Position numbers and translations under genes: made by a program. 44,453 nucleotides of DNA from Gammaproteobacteria bacterium (GTDB lineage: Bacteria; Pseudomonadota; Gammaproteobacteria; GCA-001735895), in the NCBI GenBank assembly GCA_050298595.1, contig JBNKUM010000091.1, positions 1 through 44,453 of the forward strand. The letters run 5' to 3'. Shown one piece after another: positions 1 through 9,110 of this stretch. The notes below the pieces were generated by a model. It saw nothing but the letters and a program-made list of their open reading frames with translations, did not search any database and was not told where the DNA came from. Numbering within the stretch: the first letter of the stretch is position 1; each line of letters starts with the position of its first letter.

Positions 1-395
1 GTGTTGGACAGGGAAAGATAAAACTCCTCACCTTCATTCAACACGATAGTCGGCGCCGTGAACTGGGCGTTCAGGATCCCCACATCGTGGGAATCCTCCA
101 GTGGCGTTACCGTCTTGCCTGTCATGTCGTCACCGGCCCGATTTTGATCGGTGATCACACCAAACCCAAAGGCATACAGAGGCTCATCACGGCCCGGGAC
201 ATTGGTGTAACCATCCCCTGAGCTCAGATGCATACAGGTTGCATTGGGATGAGCTGGATCCGGTGTATCAATTACCGCATCCCCATCGGTATCACCTGGG
301 CACTGCACGAATGCAGACGCCTGGACGGGTGTTGCCGGTAACATGAGCATCGCCAGCAGCGAGGCACATGATCCGTATTTCAACAAAGTTTTCAT
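1..395 (-). CDS. Secreted multicopper-oxidase-like (cupredoxin domain) protein, 5' part only; runs off the window edge
   Basis: Not in the ORF track. Manual translation from ATG 395 (GAGG RBS upstream): MKTLLKYGSCASLLAMLMLPATPVQA|SAFVQCPGDTDGDA...CMHLSSGDG...LYAFGF...AQFTAPTIVLNEGEEFYLSLSN. This is a signal peptide plus the PTI-x3-EG-x5-L-x-N start of a Cu-oxidase_3-type domain. Copper-ligand motifs are outside the window. Confidence 0.7.
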   Translation of the reverse strand, partial: MKTLLKYGSCASLLAMLMLPATPVQASAFVQCPGDTDGDAVIDTPDPAHPNATCMHLSSGDGYTNVPGRDEPLYAFGFGVITDQNRAGDDMTGKTVTPLEDSHDVGILNAQFTAPTIVLNEGEEFYLSLSN

Positions 396-460
396 TTTTC
401 CGTACCTCACGGTTTGAATGTTTTCCAGTTCAGATTTCTGATTAGTTAATCGTTTCATCA

Positions 461-3400
461 TTACTGCACCTCATCAGAACCCTGATCAACAACCAGGTTA
501 GCTATACCAGGCTCCTGATCGATATCCACACCATATGGACGATTACGATTCGGGTTGCCACCATCAATAGCACCGGTAGAAGCCGCTGTCAGATGGTAGT
601 CAGAAGCGCCAGAAACAGTTCCACCGTTTCCACCATTCACACCGTCAGCCGCTGTAGACACATCATTGATTGACAATGGTGCGAAGCGAGCGTCGATCCA
701 GTTACCGCCTTCATCCAGTGCCGGAGCAACCATAATGGTCTGAAACTCAGCCTGAACCGGGCTCATACCAGCAGAACCATTCAGGTAGTCGTTTGCAAAA
801 CTGGGGTTTGCATCGGTCAGATGCCAGCCAGCAGGATACCCTGTCGCATCAGATACTGTGCTCCAGCGCAGCTGGTCCAGAGTCTCACCAACACCCGCAT
901 TAACAACACCCAGATCTGTATAGCCTGCAACCGGAACTAGCTGGCTAGGATTACACTGGGTATTTACGTTTTGCGCACAGCTGTTAGTGATATCACCAGT
1001 ATTACTCAGCACAAAATAGTTAGACTGGTTCTGCCACAGGATATTGCTGTGCAGGAATGGGTTACCAAAAGGCTTATTCAAGCGGTTATTCAGCGAAGCG
1101 TAATCCATCAGACCATCCAGAGTCTGATGATGAAAAGACGCAATACCCGCAATCTGTGGCGTGGACTGAGTTGGGCTACCCGGTGCAAAGGCAGCACCTG
1201 CGGTCGCAGTACTCACGTTATTGGCAATGGTATTGTTCTCGATATTAACTACCGCTGCATCCAGCATCGAGATTGCACCCGCATTACCTGCCACGTTATT
1301 GACGATAGTGTTATTGGAGACTCTCACTACCCACCATGCGCCTTGACCAGCAGCACGACTCGGATTGGCTTCAATATCAGCACCGTTAGCACGACGGATC
1401 GCAATACCGGAACCATTACCGGCTCCGGCCTGGTTACCCTGGATCAGGTTACGGTTGATAGTGACATGACCAGAACCCTCGGTGAAGGTTGAGTCAGCAC
1501 CCAGTGCTGCGTCCATACCTGCAATCAGGATACCGCCACCATCGGTCTCGAAGCCTGGAGTCTGACGGAAAGACTGATTAAAGATAATCTGGTTATCCTC
1601 AATTCTGCCGCCGGTACTCAGACCCAGATGACCGATACCCGCACCATCAGTTGCCGCGAAGTTACCGCAGATCAGGTTATCAGTGATACGGTAGTTAGTA
1701 GAGCCATTGTAAAGCGCAATACCGCCACCAGTACCATTCTGTGCACCGTTACGGATGACCTGATTGTGATGAATCCTCAGATTATCGTTTCCAGCATCCG
1801 GATACTGTGCGTTGTTATCGAGCAGTGCATAATGGCCTACACGGATACCGCCACCGTAGGTACCTTCGTTACCGGTTACACGGTTGTTACTGATATCCAG
1901 ACCATTCACATAGCCATTCAGGAAGATACCGCCACCAGTCATACCACCGGTGATCGTAAAGCCATCAATACCCGAGCTCTTGCGACCATTGTTGAAGGTA
2001 TTTGTATTACCCGGAGCCTTACTGGCCACCATGATACCCGCGCCTTCTTCAGTGTCGAACAGCAGAGGACCATTCTCCTGGCCATTCAATAGATCAAAGT
2101 CACCGTTAGTCACGTGAGCCAATGTCTCATCCTTCCAGATCTGAGTCTTCTCAGCTGGGACAGGACGCGCATTGATCGTAGTAGAGAATGCACCGGCACC
2201 TTGCAGGTAAACAGGCTTCCACATCACAACCATTTCATTGTACACACCGGGTGCAACCAGGATCAGGTCACCGCGATTTGCGATATCGATAGCATCCTGG
2301 ATAGGTGTATCAGTCAACACGGGGCTTGGATAAACCGTACGCACCTGACTGTTGTTGAACTCAAGCGGACCAACCATCACAGAAGCACCCATGGGTGATT
2401 CGGTACCAGCCGCATTAACGACGCTCAACTGGAAACGACCTTCTGCAAAGTTTTGAGGCAGTACAGCTTCAATAATCGAATCACTCCAGCTTGAAATGAC
2501 TAAAGGCTCACTGTTTCCCGCTTCGTCAGTCAGATAGACATTACCCCAGGTAGCGCTATTATCTGCAGCACCACCAAAACCATAGTCACGAGTAACGAAC
2601 TTCTGCATGAATTCATTAGAAGCTGGATTCAATACATCACGCAAACCAACTGAGTGTAGCGTCAGGGTACGTGCAGCATCGTCAGCAACCGTTGAATCTG
2701 CAATATAAGGCCCAGGCAGACCATTCGGTCCGTCAACCTGAGCAATCATCGGCGTTGCATCACCTGCTTCACAATCCAGCTGATAACCCGCACCAGCAAA
2801 TGCTGCGATCTGTAATACCGGCGTATCCAGGTAGGTAGTCGCACCAGGCATATACTGAAAGGTATAGCAGAACTGGGTGTATTGAGGATTGTAGTTAGGA
2901 TCGATGATGGCTGGAGTATTAGGATCATTATCATGATCAATATAGCCTCCATCATTCATACAGGCTGTCAGCATATTCGGTGTAAAACCGGATGGACTGG
3001 CTGCATTCGCTGTATAGGTAGAAGGCAACATCGCGTTGTACTTACCATACTGGTCAGCATACACACGGGTAACCTCATGACCTTTCCAGTCGTAGAAAGC
3101 AACAGGCAACCAGGGTGGCGAGAACTTTTCACCGAAAGTTGGAGCATTCGGGTTAAATTCATTAGCCAGGTCATTCAGGATACCGCCAACTACATGAGAG
3201 GCCTTTGGTACTTCAGTGAAGAAATGGAAGTCAGCCGCAGCGTTTTTGCCATCGGTTAACAGAACCAGTTTCTTATCACACAAAGGACGCGTTTCACCCG
3301 CGAAAGGTGCTGCATAATCCGGGTTAGGTATAGTTACACCCTCGCTGACTATAGTTGCCCCAGGAATTGGATTTCCATCAGCATCAGTCACAAAGGTCAA

Positions 3401-6100
3401 CAGATCTGGAACCACATGATCGTCACCCACACAGGTAGGTGGTAGCAACTGTGCAGCCGCCAGGTAGTCGTCACCAAAATCGACATTCTTGGACTCTTCT
3501 TTCAGTGACTCATAGCCCGGAGGAGTGAAGCCCTGAACAATATAGTAACCGGCTTTCAGATACTCTTTGGAATCCTGACCTGTAGTCATGACACTGGCAA
3601 CAGGGTTACTTGGGAAAGCATAACCACCATCGAATACACCAGGACGCACCTGGTTCCAGTTACGCATGCTATCCATACAAAGGTTATCAGCCACCAGATC
3701 GCCCATCAGGTTTTTACCCTGACAGTTTTCAGGAGGCGTATCGTCCCAGCTGTCAGACCAGGTTACATCAACTGCGTCACCATAATCGAAGCTACCATTA
3801 CCATTACGGTCGATATCTTCTGGACCTTTAGCAGCAGGGTCGGCAAACCAGCCTAGCGGATAGTTATCAATGTCAGGTTCCTGAATACCGGCTACACCAT
3901 TTATATCGTCGGCAACTTCGTCGATATTGTCATCCTGATACAGCGCAAACTGCACACGAGGAATACCAGGCTCCCAGATTTCGGCAGCCGCAAAGCGAGG
4001 ATCATGCTCGGCACGGGTGATCGCATTGACTGCCACACCGCTGATACCGCCATTCTCATCAGCACCGTAAGTAGTCTTACCAAACTCAACGACCGACTTC
4101 TGACCCAGAAAGCCCTGCATACCCAAAGTCAGCGCAGGCCCTCTTAAAGTAAGAGAGTAACCATCGGTAGTACATTCTTTGGCATCAGGGTTGGTATCGC
4201 AATCTGGTAAAGCAATGGGATTACCATCCACATCCAGACCCGCATTCTGTGGTTGTGCAATAAAACCATTGGCCTGCAGATCGTTGTCAGGATTAACTGT
4301 ACTACCATCACCACCACCGTTATCAACGGTAATCGTTACACCAGTCGCCTTGAACTTGGCAAAGTCGGTTTCCAGAACCAGCCAGTGGAAGAATGGGAAC
4401 ACCTGCTCTAGAGGTGCAGCGCCTTCCACGTCAATCGCCATGCTCTGGTAGATACGACCATCACGCCAGCGAATATTGGTTGCAAATGAATCCGCATTTG
4501 CATTGCTTTCATTAGGATCCCTAATACCATCTTCATCTTCATCAATGAATACACTGGTGAACATCTTGTGGAACCAGTTGAAGATCGGGATTTCACCCAG
4601 CGCACAAATATTAGTGCCGTTAGCGCAATCAGCTGTATTGGGTGCACTACCGTTAGTGTTGGAAGCAACCAACTGAGTTAAAGCTGTTACCGTAACACCG
4701 TCACCCGCTGCATTTGGGGCGATAGAGAAAGGATGGTTTGCAATAACCGCATCCAGACCGTCATCGTAAATCGACAGGCTGTAGTCACCGGTTGGCAGAC
4801 CACCAATATCAAATGTTGAAGTATCGTCACAGGCACCGGAATAAATCGTCTTGCCTGCAATACCCAGGTTGACACCTACACGACAACCCGGGAATGGCGT
4901 GCCGTTGTTAAATGTGAAGTCTGGCGAACGTGACATGTGATTATCAACCACAGTACCTGTGATAGAAGCAGCGACACCCCCTGGTACTGGTTGCGCATAA
5001 CCAACACAGGGGTTCACGTCAGGATCAGTCACTTCAACAGTCTGTAACACACCATCAACTTCAACCTGAGTGGTCATGGAAATAGGGCTACCATCACCCC
5101 AGGTTCCCGCATTACAGTCGTATTCACGTACAAAACCGATGAATACGTGTGGCCCTGGAGGACCGAATTCTACAAAGTTCTGCGGCTCGTTGGCCTTAAC
5201 CCAGGCATCCACGACCTTCGTACCTTCTATCGTAGAGGTCTGGATCCAGCCCGCGCCAGCAGGAGGAACAACCTGAACACCATACTTTCCGGGTGGCAGG
5301 TTCTTGATCACCAGATAACCCTGATCATTCGGTACTAACTGAACCGTATTGGCTGGCAGTGCACCAGGAGTAATGATGGTACCGTTGGTTTGAGAGCCTG
5401 CAGGGAATGAGGCAACCGAACCATCAGCATTGTATTCGGTACCCAGAGGATTACCGAAAGCATCATAAGCGACACGGCCACCACCAGCACCGTATTGACC
5501 CGCAGGATCTTCCAGAATGATGTGGAAAGGCTGGAACTGACCGTCAACGATAGAACCGTTAAGGCCACGCTCGCCTACGTCGATGGCGCCATTGATCGGG
5601 CTATTATCCTCAAACACCTGGATACTGATCTGCGCAGTAGGGATAGGCGATGGATTGGTACGGACTTCGGCAGTCGCTCCGCTAGCTGTAACCGTTACCG
5701 GCTTACCACCTAACTGATACTGTCCATAGGGAAGCACTGAAACGAAGTAGTCACCTTCTGGCACATTCAGCGTAATACTATCTGCTGTAGTCTCACCAGA
5801 AAGACCAACACCGTTTGCATCTCTGGCAACCGGCGTATGACTCTTGTGGAAATTAAAAGACAGGCTCTTGTTTAATTCAGTGCCAGAAAGATCTTGCCAG
5901 ACATCAACCCCAGGAGTTGATTTATACATTGGGTCTTCCTCTACGATGTATCTAAAGCCCCCGGCAACATTTCCTGCGCCATCTTCGGTAGTAATGGTAA
6001 GCGACGCCGCGTGCACCACTCCTGAAAGGGCTGTCCCTAACAGGAAGGTAGCCACCGCGACCGGCTTGACCAACCTTTCATACATTAATGATTTACTCAT
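461..6100 (-). CDS. Giant secreted/surface protein: SdrD-B/prealbumin-like repeats, IPT/TIG-like domain, right-handed parallel beta-helix, choice-of-anchor-Q-like C-terminus
   Basis: ORF 461..6145; likely start ATG 6100 (GAGGAAAACCAG-ATG). Signal peptide ends VVHA. Motifs: FEDNSPINGAIDVGERGL, FIDEDEDGIRDPNE, IQDAIDIANRGDLILVAPGVYNE (beta-helix entry), GGGI/NNTIxxN repeats, DYHLTAAS..AIDGG...DQGSDE. Confidence 0.8.
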   Translation of the reverse strand: MSKSLMYERLVKPVAVATFLLGTALSGVVHAASLTITTEDGAGNVAGGFRYIVEEDPMYKSTPGVDVWQDLSGTELNKSLSFNFHKSHTPVARDANGVGLSGETTADSITLNVPEGDYFVSVLPYGQYQLGGKPVTVTASGATAEVRTNPSPIPTAQISIQVFEDNSPINGAIDVGERGLNGSIVDGQFQPFHIILEDPAGQYGAGGGRVAYDAFGNPLGTEYNADGSVASFPAGSQTNGTIITPGALPANTVQLVPNDQGYLVIKNLPPGKYGVQVVPPAGAGWIQTSTIEGTKVVDAWVKANEPQNFVEFGPPGPHVFIGFVREYDCNAGTWGDGSPISMTTQVEVDGVLQTVEVTDPDVNPCVGYAQPVPGGVAASITGTVVDNHMSRSPDFTFNNGTPFPGCRVGVNLGIAGKTIYSGACDDTSTFDIGGLPTGDYSLSIYDDGLDAVIANHPFSIAPNAAGDGVTVTALTQLVASNTNGSAPNTADCANGTNICALGEIPIFNWFHKMFTSVFIDEDEDGIRDPNESNANADSFATNIRWRDGRIYQSMAIDVEGAAPLEQVFPFFHWLVLETDFAKFKATGVTITVDNGGGDGSTVNPDNDLQANGFIAQPQNAGLDVDGNPIALPDCDTNPDAKECTTDGYSLTLRGPALTLGMQGFLGQKSVVEFGKTTYGADENGGISGVAVNAITRAEHDPRFAAAEIWEPGIPRVQFALYQDDNIDEVADDINGVAGIQEPDIDNYPLGWFADPAAKGPEDIDRNGNGSFDYGDAVDVTWSDSWDDTPPENCQGKNLMGDLVADNLCMDSMRNWNQVRPGVFDGGYAFPSNPVASVMTTGQDSKEYLKAGYYIVQGFTPPGYESLKEESKNVDFGDDYLAAAQLLPPTCVGDDHVVPDLLTFVTDADGNPIPGATIVSEGVTIPNPDYAAPFAGETRPLCDKKLVLLTDGKNAAADFHFFTEVPKASHVVGGILNDLANEFNPNAPTFGEKFSPPWLPVAFYDWKGHEVTRVYADQYGKYNAMLPSTYTANAASPSGFTPNMLTACMNDGGYIDHDNDPNTPAIIDPNYNPQYTQFCYTFQYMPGATTYLDTPVLQIAAFAGAGYQLDCEAGDATPMIAQVDGPNGLPGPYIADSTVADDAARTLTLHSVGLRDVLNPASNEFMQKFVTRDYGFGGAADNSATWGNVYLTDEAGNSEPLVISSWSDSIIEAVLPQNFAEGRFQLSVVNAAGTESPMGASVMVGPLEFNNSQVRTVYPSPVLTDTPIQDAIDIANRGDLILVAPGVYNEMVVMWKPVYLQGAGAFSTTINARPVPAEKTQIWKDETLAHVTNGDFDLLNGQENGPLLFDTEEGAGIMVASKAPGNTNTFNNGRKSSGIDGFTITGGMTGGGIFLNGYVNGLDISNNRVTGNEGTYGGGIRVGHYALLDNNAQYPDAGNDNLRIHHNQVIRNGAQNGTGGGIALYNGSTNYRITDNLICGNFAATDGAGIGHLGLSTGGRIEDNQIIFNQSFRQTPGFETDGGGILIAGMDAALGADSTFTEGSGHVTINRNLIQGNQAGAGNGSGIAIRRANGADIEANPSRAAGQGAWWVVRVSNNTIVNNVAGNAGAISMLDAAVVNIENNTIANNVSTATAGAAFAPGSPTQSTPQIAGIASFHHQTLDGLMDYASLNNRLNKPFGNPFLHSNILWQNQSNYFVLSNTGDITNSCAQNVNTQCNPSQLVPVAGYTDLGVVNAGVGETLDQLRWSTVSDATGYPAGWHLTDANPSFANDYLNGSAGMSPVQAEFQTIMVAPALDEGGNWIDARFAPLSINDVSTAADGVNGGNGGTVSGASDYHLTAASTGAIDGGNPNRNRPYGVDIDQEPGIANLVVDQGSDEVQ

Positions 6101-6483
6101 CTGGTTTTCCTCATAACATTCATCACTTGTAACGCCCAATTTCATAGTCAGGTAACATTTGATTGTTCAAATTCGGGCAAGCTACCCAAAAACCTTTTTT
6201 GATGAATGTGATAATAGGTATGTATGTAAATGGGAGATATACGTAGAACAGTGGCTTTGCTGCGACAATCTGCCGCATGTTTCATGAGGAATTAACGCGT
6301 ATGTAGGTAGAATTTTACGCAGTCAAAGGTGGATATAAACTCAGTGTATAATTTAAGTTTTTTATAGCAAATTTGTGAACCAGGTCCACTCTGGCCCATT
6401 CTTTTTCACGTAGTTTTCACGTTAAAGCCGTATTCTTAGTCTTATTTTGCTTATATATTCTGTATCTCCGGGGGGGGCTACAT

Positions 6484-7071
6484 ATGAGAGATAAAATTCT
6501 TTTATCAAGCTTACTGGTTTCTCTAAGCTTTAACCTCGCAGCTTTCGACTTAAGCAGCCTGGTTACTACGGGGAACAACCTGGCTTTTGTATCTGCAAAA
6601 CCAACTCCTGCTGGCGAATTCCGTTATAGCTTCCCAGCAATCAGTTTAATTAACCAGAACAATGAATCGGTAGCTCTCGACTCCTTATTTAATACTGATA
6701 AAAATATCGTGTTTGCTTTCTTTTTTACACATTGTGTAACTGTTTGTACCACAGTTACTCTTAGCCTTAAAAGCATTCAACCCCATTTACCAGAAAATAC
6801 CATAATAGCAATGATCAGCATTGACCCCGATACTGATACACCAGCCGAGCTGAAAAGCTATGCTGAACAGCATCGTATCGACAATCCAAACTGGTATCTG
6901 TTAACTGGACAAACAAGTCAGATCGAAGATTTCCAGAAAAGTTTTGAAGCTTACCGTGGAAATAAAATGAACCACAGTACTTCAATTTTTGTAAAACAGG
7001 CTAATTCAGAAGTTGTTACTGAAATTAAAAACAATTTCTCTACTATTCCTTTACTTCTAAAAAGCAGTTAA
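6484..7071 (+). CDS. SCO/SenC family copper chaperone (exported)
   Basis: FFFTHCVTVC (CxxxC), ISIDPDTDTP, WYLLTG and the downstream His in NHST; N-terminal signal peptide. Confidence 0.9.
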   Translation: MRDKILLSSLLVSLSFNLAAFDLSSLVTTGNNLAFVSAKPTPAGEFRYSFPAISLINQNNESVALDSLFNTDKNIVFAFFFTHCVTVCTTVTLSLKSIQPHLPENTIIAMISIDPDTDTPAELKSYAEQHRIDNPNWYLLTGQTSQIEDFQKSFEAYRGNKMNHSTSIFVKQANSEVVTEIKNNFSTIPLLLKSS

Positions 7072-7091
7072 ATAAGAAAAGGGACACAGCA

Positions 7092-7973
7092 ATGAATATT
7101 CAACAACAAAATGGAATCGTTTCAACCATAAGCTTTTCACCTTTTGACGAAACATCAAAATATACAGAATTACGTGATCGCATTTTTCGCAAAGCTATAG
7201 AAAAATCACATATTACACCGCTCAACCATATCGATATTTTCGACGAGTCTATTTTAACTTTCGAATCCCTATATCAAGCTTTAGACTTTTTAGTTTCTAT
7301 TCTGCGCATTACAACCGGAAGAGAAGAGCAGATTGATAACTCGATCAGTATCAAATCGAGCTTATGCATGGGTGATTATTTTATTCATCAGGATCAGATT
7401 TACGGTGAAGCGGTAAATTTTGCAACCAGGCTATCCTATGCTTCTCGCAAGAATGAAATGCTACTAAGCCGTGTGGATACCGCCCTTGTTGATCAGTACA
7501 TTTTATCTCACCCTGACGTAAGTTACTTTATACGTGATGATGAAGACAACTCAATCAGTATTGCATTAAATGATGAAGATATTACAAAGGCACAGGATAG
7601 AGAGATGGCCTTTAAGGTTGAATGTAACGGACAAAGCAAGGTATTTCGTTCTTCACGTAATATCATTATCCCAATTGGTCGATCAGGCAATTCTGAAATT
7701 TTTATAGATAGCGATCAAATATCGCGTAACCATGCTACGATTCAATTGAACTACAACACTATTTATCTAGAAGATCATAGCTCAAATGGAACTTATGTTT
7801 ATACAGATGATCGTGAAATATATGTATCGCATGAAAAAATCGAGCTAAGCAACAGTGGACATATCTCTTGCGGTATTAGTATGTACTCCAATCTCAAGTC
7901 TTCAGAATTAATAAGTTTTGAATTATGCGAACTTGACAATATGACCAGCAATACGCCGACTCTGGTAAGTTAA
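7092..7973 (+). CDS. Degenerate adenylate/guanylate-cyclase-like domain + FHA domain protein
   Basis: GEAVNFATRL resembles the class III cyclase GDxVNxAxRL motif; FHA motifs IGRS, ISRNHA, DHSSNGTYV. Confidence 0.8.
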   Translation: MNIQQQNGIVSTISFSPFDETSKYTELRDRIFRKAIEKSHITPLNHIDIFDESILTFESLYQALDFLVSILRITTGREEQIDNSISIKSSLCMGDYFIHQDQIYGEAVNFATRLSYASRKNEMLLSRVDTALVDQYILSHPDVSYFIRDDEDNSISIALNDEDITKAQDREMAFKVECNGQSKVFRSSRNIIIPIGRSGNSEIFIDSDQISRNHATIQLNYNTIYLEDHSSNGTYVYTDDREIYVSHEKIELSNSGHISCGISMYSNLKSSELISFELCELDNMTSNTPTLVS

Positions 7974-8443
7974 TAAATTCTCAACCAGATAGAGCATTAA
8001 ATACCCCTCTATTCTCTAAGACCCCTTATTTTTCTGCTTAATATGCAACACTAATTAAGCACAGAAATCCTTCCTGAAAACTCAAGTACTGACCTCAAAT
8101 AGAACAGTTTTTGTCTTTAATTTTATATGATAATTCTCCATTAATTCTCCTGATTACCCAAAAACATAACCACCTTAATACGCTTAAAAATGCAATCACT
8201 ATAGAGAAGGAAATTGCCTGGAACAGGTTCTCTTAACACCCACACCATAATCCAGGGCTACATTTTTAAGAATCACCTATAACTCCTGATCACCAGACAA
8301 TAGCTCTATTAAGATTCCTCTATGCATCTGTCATGACAATTTTGTCAACAAATTCTTCTGCAATGAATTTGAGCGGCATAGCTGCACGTAGCGTGAAAAC
8401 TACTTGTCGAACCAGGGTTCTCATCAATCCTCGCTCGACATAA

Positions 8444-8510
8444 GCTCGGCTCTGGCTTCCTGCTTCGCCCTAACACCTAAATCTCTTTAGGCGTCCTGCA
8501 TTGTTCTACT
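8444..8510. repeat. 67-bp GGA-hairpin module, copy 1
   Basis: 63/67 identical to 8717..8783 by manual alignment. Confidence 0.9.
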
Positions 8511-8617
8511 TCCAGCATCTATGCAGTCGTGTCTACTTAAAAAACTCGCAGTTGCGGGGTAAGTAATTGAAAGAGCATAGCCACCCCAAGCATTTTGCTA
8601 ACTGTTAACGGATAGAC

Positions 8618-8646
8618 TAAAAACGCCATAGCTTCTGGCGTTTTTA
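8618..8646. terminator. Bidirectional intrinsic-terminator-like hairpin
   Basis: taaaaacgcca-tagcttc-tggcgttttta: perfect 11-bp arms that include A/T tracts. Confidence 0.6.
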
Positions 8647-8716
8647 CACGTTACAACGACCATCCCTGGTCACCGCCCTTTGGGTCAGCGGTGCTGTTCT
8701 AATTCGCTCGCTAATT

Positions 8717-8783
8717 GCTCAGCTCTGGCTTCCTGCTTCGCCCTAACACCTAAATCCCTTTAGGCGTCCTGCATTACTCTACT
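8717..8783. repeat. 67-bp GGA-hairpin module, copy 2
   Basis: Direct repeat of 8444..8510. The minus strand reads GCAGGACG, cctaaa-GGGA-tttagg and GCAGGAAG. Confidence 0.9.
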
Positions 8784-8840
8784 ACGATGCATCCATGCAT
8801 CTATCCCTGCGAATTAGTCGGGGCACCTGGTCGGCGCTCC

Positions 8841-8915
8841 ACAAACTTATCTGGAATAAGTTTGAACAACTTGAGCTGGCCTGCTTGCAGGTAAAACACA
8901 TGGATGTGTTTTATA
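8841..8915 (+). repeat. Palindromic repeat element with two GGA-loop hairpins
   Basis: caaacttat-ctgga-ataagtttg (8842-8864) and taaaacaca-tgga-tgtgtttta (8892-8913), both with perfect 9-bp stems. Confidence 0.7.
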
Positions 8916-8970
8916 AATGGCATGCGCACACGTCGAACAGGGTCCTTCATCTAATCAGGCTTCCCGCCAT

Positions 8971-8993
8971 AAAAAAACCCCGCAGTTGCGGGG
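8971..8993 (-). terminator. Rho-independent terminator of the tRNA-Ser transcript
   Basis: ccccgc-agtt-gcgggg hairpin followed by T7 on the minus strand, 8 nt downstream of the tRNA CCA. Confidence 0.85.
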
Positions 8994-9001
8994 CTTATTT
9001 A

Positions 9002-9092
9002 TGGCGGAGAGCGAGGGATTCGAACCCTCGATACGCTATTAACGTATACGCCCTTAGCAGGGGCGCGCCTTCAGCCACTCGGCCAGCTCTCC
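9002..9092 (-). tRNA. tRNA-Ser(GCT)
   Basis: GGAGAGCTGGCCGAGTGGCTGAAGGCG...CT-GCT-AA anticodon loop, long variable arm, GGTTCGAATCC, encoded CCA; usual position after csrA. Confidence 0.97.
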
Positions 9093-9110
9093 GTATTTTT
9101 TAAAACTTCC

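Noticed and set aside
971-6116. Plus-strand and alternate-frame ORFs within the large secreted protein gene
   Set aside because: Shadow ORFs of a long, codon-biased gene.
6365-6383. Sigma-54-like promoter for the copper cluster (TGGTTCACAAATTTGC on the minus strand)
   Set aside because: GG-to-GC spacing is 11 nt, not the required 10.
8431-8800. Possible CRISPR array
   Set aside because: Only two 67-bp copies 273 bp apart; wrong repeat and spacer sizes; no cas genes.
8795-9103. 102-aa plus-strand ORF
   Set aside because: Runs antisense across tRNA-Ser, its terminator and repeat elements.
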